Source of the DNA: Bacteroidota bacterium
GTDB taxonomy: Bacteria > Bacteroidota > Bacteroidia > UKL13-3
Direction of reading: 5' to 3'
Assembly (NCBI GenBank): GCA_037141455.1
Contig: JBAXCN010000008.1
Location: 2,232-66,231, forward strand
DNA length: 64,000 bases
Under the pieces are notes generated by a model that was given only the letters and a program-made list of their open reading frames with translations, did not search any database and was not told where the DNA came from. Both the position numbers and the translations under genes were made by a program. Shown here in pieces: positions 59,015 to 64,000 of the stretch; within the stretch, counting starts at the first letter, position 1; each line of letters begins with the position of its first letter.

Positions 59015-59063
59015 TTGGATTTTGAATTTTGGATGTTAAATTATGAATTATGAATTAAAATTT
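59015..59063. repeat. degenerate heptanucleotide array (TTGGATT TTGAATT TTGGATG TTAAATT ATGAATT ATGAATT AAAATTT)
   Basis: Seven consecutive 7-bp units counted by hand, starting 6 nt after the stop codon of the CBS-type gene. Confidence 0.6.
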
Positions 59064-59122
59064 GTGCGGGAAATATTCCCCCTTGTGGGTTGGCTTTGCA
59101 GAGCGAAGGGGGTTAGGGGGAT
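59064..59122. repeat. GC-rich hairpin island
   Basis: CCCCCTT (59078-59084) pairs with AAGGGGG (59106-59112). The hairpin is flanked by GCGGGAAATATTCCC and GGTTAGGGGG and followed by a T-run. It is much more GC-rich than its surroundings. Confidence 0.55.
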
Positions 59123-59244
59123 GTTTTTTTGAATGCTTAATAAACTACTATTATTTATAAAACTAAAAAACTAAAAACTAAATCACGCAAGGCGTGAAAA
59201 AACTAAGTACTAAAAACTAATAAACTAAGAACTTAATAAAAACT

Positions 59245-59589
59245 ATGAAAAAATCACAAATAAGAATAGATGTAGAAATTGACGAAACCAACATGCCCAC
59301 GTTAATTAAATGGGATGCAGATGATGCAGATTTTGAAGGACAACAACCGGCAAAAGCTGTCATGCTTTCGTTATTTGATGGATTGCAACAAAATGCTATG
59401 CGAATAGACCTTTGGACTAACGAAATGCAAGTAGATGAAATGAATTTATTTATGTTTCAAACTTTGGCTACACTTGGCGATACTTACGAAAGAGCAACTA
59501 ATAACAAAGAAATTGCAGATGAAATAAGAGAATTTGCTCATCATTTTGGACATAAAGTTGAAATTTTTGGCGATGACCATCAACATTAA
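59245..59589 (+). CDS. gldC: gliding motility protein GldC-like
   Basis: 114 aa. The pattern IRIDVEIDE....W.A.D........KA.MLS..D......MRIDLWT..M.VDEM..F..QTL is as I recall for GldC. This is from memory, not a search. Confidence 0.65.
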   Translation: MKKSQIRIDVEIDETNMPTLIKWDADDADFEGQQPAKAVMLSLFDGLQQNAMRIDLWTNEMQVDEMNLFMFQTLATLGDTYERATNNKEIADEIREFAHHFGHKVEIFGDDHQH

Positions 59590-59754
59590 TTTTATATATA
59601 CTTAGCTCAAAATAGTCAAAAGAACATATTGAGTTTAGTATTGTAAATATCAAGATATTATTTGTTTAGCTAAAAAATTGCAAAGCAATAATTGGACTAA
59701 TACAGATACAGAATTGGTATAAAAATAAAAAGGGACAAAAATTTGTTCCTTTTT

Positions 59755-60600
59755 TTATGTAACAAATTCGTTTATTTGTTCAACAACTTGTTTAGCATAT
59801 TCGCCATATAACATAGAATGGTGGTTTCCATTAACCGAAAACAATTTCCCATTCTTCAATAAACCAACTGCCTTTGCTGCTAATTGTGAAGGTAAAATGG
59901 CTTCATTCACATTATATACACCATTTCCACTTATTAGTAACGAAGGGTGTTTTATACTTTTAAAATATAAAGTAAAAGGTTCTTTAATAATATAGGTTGC
60001 AATTTGAATGATTTGAGCCAAATTCGATTTTGATTCAACCGTGCCATTTTCATTTGTTTTTATATCGGCAGAGTAATATGATTCCATATCATTATCCCAA
60101 AAATCAATAAACGGTGCTTGTTTTATTTGGTTAAAATAATCTTCTTGATTATTGTAAACTTTACCTATTCGTCCGATAGAAGTTTCAAGCATGATAGGCA
60201 TTTTGGGATTCATATCGGGAGCAGCATCTAAAAAAACTATTTTTTTAAATATCGATTCATGAAAGTAGCATAAATAAGACGAAAGTAAACCACCAAATGA
60301 ATACCCTACTAAAATAATTTCTCTTTCCTTAAAATGTTTTAATAAACCTAAAATATCATCGGCATGTTTTTTAAAACTATAGCCAAATGCTGGGCGACTG
60401 CTTTTTCCTCTTCCTCTTAAATCGGATATTACCAATTCAAAATTTTCTGTTAAGCCATTGCTTACCAATCCAGAAAACCCAAAACAATTGGCTGTTAAAC
60501 CATGTAGTAGTACCAATACTTTTTTACCTTCATTTGGGTAATGTAAAAAATGTAAATTTATTCCATTTACTTTTAAAAAATTACTTGTAAAATTATTCAT
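59755..60600 (-). CDS. alpha/beta hydrolase
   Basis: 281 aa with an HGL oxyanion motif (VLLHGLTAN) and a nucleophile elbow (GYSFGG). Confidence 0.8.
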   Translation of the reverse strand: MNNFTSNFLKVNGINLHFLHYPNEGKKVLVLLHGLTANCFGFSGLVSNGLTENFELVISDLRGRGKSSRPAFGYSFKKHADDILGLLKHFKEREIILVGYSFGGLLSSYLCYFHESIFKKIVFLDAAPDMNPKMPIMLETSIGRIGKVYNNQEDYFNQIKQAPFIDFWDNDMESYYSADIKTNENGTVESKSNLAQIIQIATYIIKEPFTLYFKSIKHPSLLISGNGVYNVNEAILPSQLAAKAVGLLKNGKLFSVNGNHHSMLYGEYAKQVVEQINEFVT

Positions 60601-60602
60601 AA

Positions 60603-61008
60603 TTACTGTACAGTCCAGCCTCCATCTTTAGTTATTGATATTTTAGTAATGGTTGCAGCATCATAAGCAGCTAAAATAGCAACCGATAGTGCAATGTTTT
60701 CAATAGGAATAAACGATTTGATAGCTTGTTTGGCAAGCATAATTTTATCTATCACTTCTTTTCTACTTAAATTATTCGCTTTCATTTGGTAGCCTATTTT
60801 GTTTTTAATTTGATTAGGAGAAAGCAAATTAGAAGGGTAGAATAAATAATCATTATTTTATTGTTGCATTGTTTCTTGTGAAATTTGTTCTCCATTGGTT
60901 TCTAAACCATTAAAAATAATATAGCATACTTTTCCAGCGAAATTTTTGGCTTTTGTCAAGTCAATACCGCTGCTACTACCTATTATTAAAACTGTTTTGG
61001 TTGTCAAT
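60603..61008 (-). pseudogene. short-chain dehydrogenase/reductase remnant (internally deleted, interrupted)
   Basis: The 5' fragment (about 61005-60856) encodes LTTKTVLIIGSSSGID..., a Rossmann TGxxxGIG-type start with no ATG, then a stop. The 3' fragment (60827-60603) encodes an SDR-like tail ...ENIALSVAILAAYDAATITKISITKDGGWTVQ. The central catalytic YxxxK region is missing. Confidence 0.6.
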
Positions 61009-61123
61009 ATTTATACGCAAAAGTATATATTTTTTTTAAAAATCGTAAAGTGTCAACTTTAATAATAATTTATTAACTAACAATTTAGATTACTTTATTA
61101 GTTTTGCATTAAATTTAAAAAAT

Positions 61124-62524
61124 ATGAAAAAAACATTACTATCAATTATTATAAGTTTATTTGTTTTATTAACAAATGCACAAATTCTAACTCAATCAAA
61201 TTTTACAGGAAACATAGTTCCACAAGTAATGGGTTCATTAACTGGAACAAGATTACCTTTAATTTACAGAGCTACTTTAACTGGATTAGCACCAAATACT
61301 GTTTACAGGTATTTCACAAATATGGCTCTTCGAACTGACATAGGAACTACGAATAGTGGTGCTGGGAATCCTTTATATATTAGTACATCAGATATTAGAT
61401 ACACAACAGGTGCATCTTTATCTTCTTTAGGTAATTATGATTCGTTAACAACTAATAGTTCTGGAAGTTATACGGGTTGGTTTGCTGCTGTAAATACCGG
61501 GAATACAAGGTTTACAGGTGGTAATTACGTATTTCCTTCTATAGTATTAGATAGTGCTGGATCAAAAAGGGGTGTTGTTAACTCTCGTTTTTGTTTCGCT
61601 ACCGATTCTGTTTTAGTGTTAACATACGCTACAGCTTCTGGTGCTACCAATGGCTCTTTTATTAGAGGAAGTTCTTCAGGTACAGCTAAAAATTTAGTGT
61701 TACTTTTTCAAGATACTGTTTCAACTAATAGGCCTTTATCTATTGGAATTATTGAAAGCATAGGTGTTACCATAGCTAGTATTGTTCCTGATTATGCTAC
61801 TAATGTACAGTCAGTTAGTGGAGCATGGGGTACTATCATACCAAATACTTTATCTAACGGAGTTAGAAGAATTGAGCAAAGGTCACTTTTAACAGGAAGT
61901 TATATCAATGGGTCAAAATCAACAAATGGAACTTGGGGAACTACAAATACAGTAAACCCATTAAATGGAACTACTGCATTGGTAATTGCTTCAACAAATG
62001 CTCCTTTGCCAGTAAAATTAAATAGCTTTAATGCTGAAATAAAAAACAAACAAACCGTTTTAAATTGGAGTACTGCTAGCGAAACAAATAACAAAGGATT
62101 TGAAGTGCAAAGAAGCTATGATGGTATAAAATTTGAAACAATTGTATTTGTTAATGGTATTGGAAACTCAAATAAAATTGTAAATTATAATTTTATAGAT
62201 AATAACAATTTAAGTGCATTTTACCGTTTAAATCAAATTGATTTTGATGGCAATTCTGAATTATCAAAAGTAGTTTCAGTTAAAAATAACGAAATATTAT
62301 TACTTCAAATTACACCAAATCCATTTGCAAACTCAATTGAAATTGTTACAAATAAAAATATTATTAGTGCTGAAATTATAGATATTACAGGTAAAACTAA
62401 AGTATTAGAAGTTATTAATGGAACTAATGCTTCAATTGATACACATAACTTAAGCAATGGAGTATACTTTATAAGGGTAAATAATGGCGAAACTATAATA
62501 ACAAAACGTATTATTAAAAATTAA
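61124..62524 (+). CDS. T9SS-sorted secreted protein (unknown function)
   Basis: 466 aa with a signal peptide. It ends in a T9SS sorting domain (ITPNPFANSIEIV...GVYFIRVNNGETIITKRII). A TAGTTTTG -7-like motif lies at 61099-61106. Confidence 0.75.
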   Translation: MKKTLLSIIISLFVLLTNAQILTQSNFTGNIVPQVMGSLTGTRLPLIYRATLTGLAPNTVYRYFTNMALRTDIGTTNSGAGNPLYISTSDIRYTTGASLSSLGNYDSLTTNSSGSYTGWFAAVNTGNTRFTGGNYVFPSIVLDSAGSKRGVVNSRFCFATDSVLVLTYATASGATNGSFIRGSSSGTAKNLVLLFQDTVSTNRPLSIGIIESIGVTIASIVPDYATNVQSVSGAWGTIIPNTLSNGVRRIEQRSLLTGSYINGSKSTNGTWGTTNTVNPLNGTTALVIASTNAPLPVKLNSFNAEIKNKQTVLNWSTASETNNKGFEVQRSYDGIKFETIVFVNGIGNSNKIVNYNFIDNNNLSAFYRLNQIDFDGNSELSKVVSVKNNEILLLQITPNPFANSIEIVTNKNIISAEIIDITGKTKVLEVINGTNASIDTHNLSNGVYFIRVNNGETIITKRIIKN

Positions 62525-62546
62525 TAAGTTATTTTAATTTAAATTC

Positions 62547-62590
62547 AAAGCCAGGTTGGAATCATTTCAGTCTGGCTTTTTTATTTTTTT
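62547..62590 (+). terminator. rho-independent terminator
   Basis: The stem AAAGCCAG/CTGGCTTT (62547-62554 / 62572-62579) is followed by a long T-run. Confidence 0.7.
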
Positions 62591-62743
62591 TATAAAATTT
62601 AGTTAAAACTAAGCTAAAATATAAAACCACCTCAAATTTTCATCCTTAAAAAAATACGTTTCATACCATTTATTATTTACTTGGTTTTAAAAACATATTT
62701 TAATATTGCATTTAACTTCATTTTTGTTGCATAATTTAAAAAA

Positions 62744-64000
62744 ATGAAAATTTACAATCAATTTAAACGCATGAAAACAATCAACTACTTATTTTTTATG
62801 TTATTATTTTCTATCAAAATAATAAACGCTCAAGAAAACACTCAAACTGTAAGAGGAACTGCTTTCGATAAAGATTCGAAACAACCATTAATTGGAGCAA
62901 TTGTAAGCGTAGTAAGTGAAACTAAAAAACTTATTGCTACAACCGATGCAAATGGTTTATTTAAAATTATAAATGTGCCTTTAGGCAGACAAACTTTAAA
63001 AGTAACTTACTTGGGTTACGAACCTTTATCAATACCAGATATTATAGTAACAGCTGGTAAAGAAGTAGTATTGGATTTAGGATTAACCGAAGCATTGAAA
63101 AAAATGAATGATATTGTAATATCTTATGATAGAAAAAAAGATAGAACTGTTACCAATAATGAAATGGCTTCGGTGAGTTCTCGTTCATTTAATCCTGATG
63201 ATACCAAAAAATTTGCTGGAGCACTAGGTGATCCAAGCAGAATGGCAGCGAACTTTGCAGGAGTGGTTGCAGGTAACGATAGTAGAAATGATATTGTTGT
63301 AAGAGGTAATTCGCCAAATGCTATGTTATGGCAACTGGAAGGGGTAAATATTCCTAACCCAAACCATTTTGGAAGTAATTTTGGAACTGGTGGGCCGGTA
63401 AGTATGTTGAATGCAAATAATATTGGTAAGTCCGATTTTTTTACAAGTGCTTTTCCTGCCCAATATGGCAATGCTAATGGAGGTGTTTTTGACTTAGTAA
63501 TGCGTGAAGGCAACAATGAAAAAAAAGAATTTATTGGTCAAATAGGATTTAATGGATTTGAATTAGGAGCAGAAGGGCCATTTAGCAAAAAATCGAAAGC
63601 ATCGTATATTTTTAACTACCGTTACTCAACTTTGGGTTTAATGAAAGCTGCAGGAATAAATGTAGGAACAGGAGCTGCAACTCCATTATACCAAGATATG
63701 AATTTTAAAATTGCAGTGCCTACAAAAGGCAAAGGCAAGTTTACTTTATTTGGTATGGGAGGAATAAGTGCTATTGATTTATTGGCCAAAGATGTAGATA
63801 CAGCAGGAATTGATTTTTATGGCAATCCAAATCAAAACCAATTACCAAGATACAGCAAAGCATTTGCAGGAACTGCTTACGAAAAAAGTTTGAGTAATAA
63901 AACTTGGGCTAAATTTACCTTAGCTTGGAGTTATAGCAACGATAGTTACACTGCTGATAGCATAAATTTACCAAACGAAAAAGTATTTAGACAAGCGGCA
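62744..64000 (+). CDS. TonB-dependent receptor with CarboxypepD_reg-like N-domain (3' partial, runs off window)
   Basis: This ORF is not in the track because no stop is reached. The frame is open for 419 codons from the ATG at 62744 (alternative ATG at 62771). It has a signal peptide, VRGTAFDKDSKQPLIGAIVSV, and the plug motif DPSRMAANFAGV...IVVRGNSP. Confidence 0.8.
   Translation, partial: MKIYNQFKRMKTINYLFFMLLFSIKIINAQENTQTVRGTAFDKDSKQPLIGAIVSVVSETKKLIATTDANGLFKIINVPLGRQTLKVTYLGYEPLSIPDIIVTAGKEVVLDLGLTEALKKMNDIVISYDRKKDRTVTNNEMASVSSRSFNPDDTKKFAGALGDPSRMAANFAGVVAGNDSRNDIVVRGNSPNAMLWQLEGVNIPNPNHFGSNFGTGGPVSMLNANNIGKSDFFTSAFPAQYGNANGGVFDLVMREGNNEKKEFIGQIGFNGFELGAEGPFSKKSKASYIFNYRYSTLGLMKAAGINVGTGAATPLYQDMNFKIAVPTKGKGKFTLFGMGGISAIDLLAKDVDTAGIDFYGNPNQNQLPRYSKAFAGTAYEKSLSNKTWAKFTLAWSYSNDSYTADSINLPNEKVFRQAA

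Noticed and set aside
63124-63516. 130-aa minus-strand ORF in the final 1.3 kb
   Set aside because: The plus strand here encodes an obvious TonB-dependent receptor (open frame from 62744 to the window end) that the track omitted because it has no stop. The minus ORF is its shadow.
1-64000. Scan for tRNA, rRNA, tmRNA, CRISPR, IS/transposase, integrase, toxin-antitoxin or known defence genes
   Set aside because: No T-loop or acceptor-like tRNA pattern was seen in any intergenic gap. No rRNA signatures, DDE or tyrosine recombinase motifs, or defence-associated domains were recognised by eye. Absence should be confirmed with tRNAscan-SE, Infernal and DefenseFinder/PADLOC.

Overview
This window is an AT-rich (about 30% GC by eye) chromosomal segment that looks like a Bacteroidota genome, probably Flavobacteriia-like. 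Lineage clues are three secreted proteins with T9SS C-terminal sorting domains, a GldC-like gene, CarboxypepD_reg-type TonB receptors, a Rho with a long N-terminal insertion, and TTTG/TAnnTTTG promoter motifs. Most genes are housekeeping: aroB-aroA, putative proline dehydrogenase, ileS, a dksA-like gene, lspA, rho, sucB, dnaB, argS, rlmH, recX, a CBS-type PLP enzyme, pirin and an enoyl-CoA hydratase. A roughly 17 kb minus-strand Wzx/Wzy-type polysaccharide locus spans 8787-25676. It runs wza, wzz, wzy, wzx, aminotransferase, WbqC-like, two paralogous propeller-like proteins, GNAT, methyltransferase, then three glycosyltransferases. RNase P RNA (rnpB) lies at 46727-47122 with its own promoter-like motif and terminator. 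I found no rRNA, tRNA, CRISPR array, transposase, integrase or recognisable defence gene. I cannot point to a clear-cut new multi-gene system. The best leads, all needing database or experimental checks, are: (1) GC-rich palindromic non-coding modules in the AT-rich background, especially a 270-bp hairpin-bounded element at 54768-55037; (2) a 335-aa Lys/Ala-rich histone-H1-like extension fused in frame to a DksA/TraR-like core; (3) an amino-sugar tailoring block with tandem propeller-like paralogs inside the polysaccharide locus; (4) a 73-bp direct repeat bracketing a T9SS cargo gene inserted between wzy and wzx; (5) an outer-membrane-barrel plus lipoprotein operon encoding a WFWSSWWWWRNW tryptophan cluster. 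All family assignments come from motif recognition by eye, not from searches.
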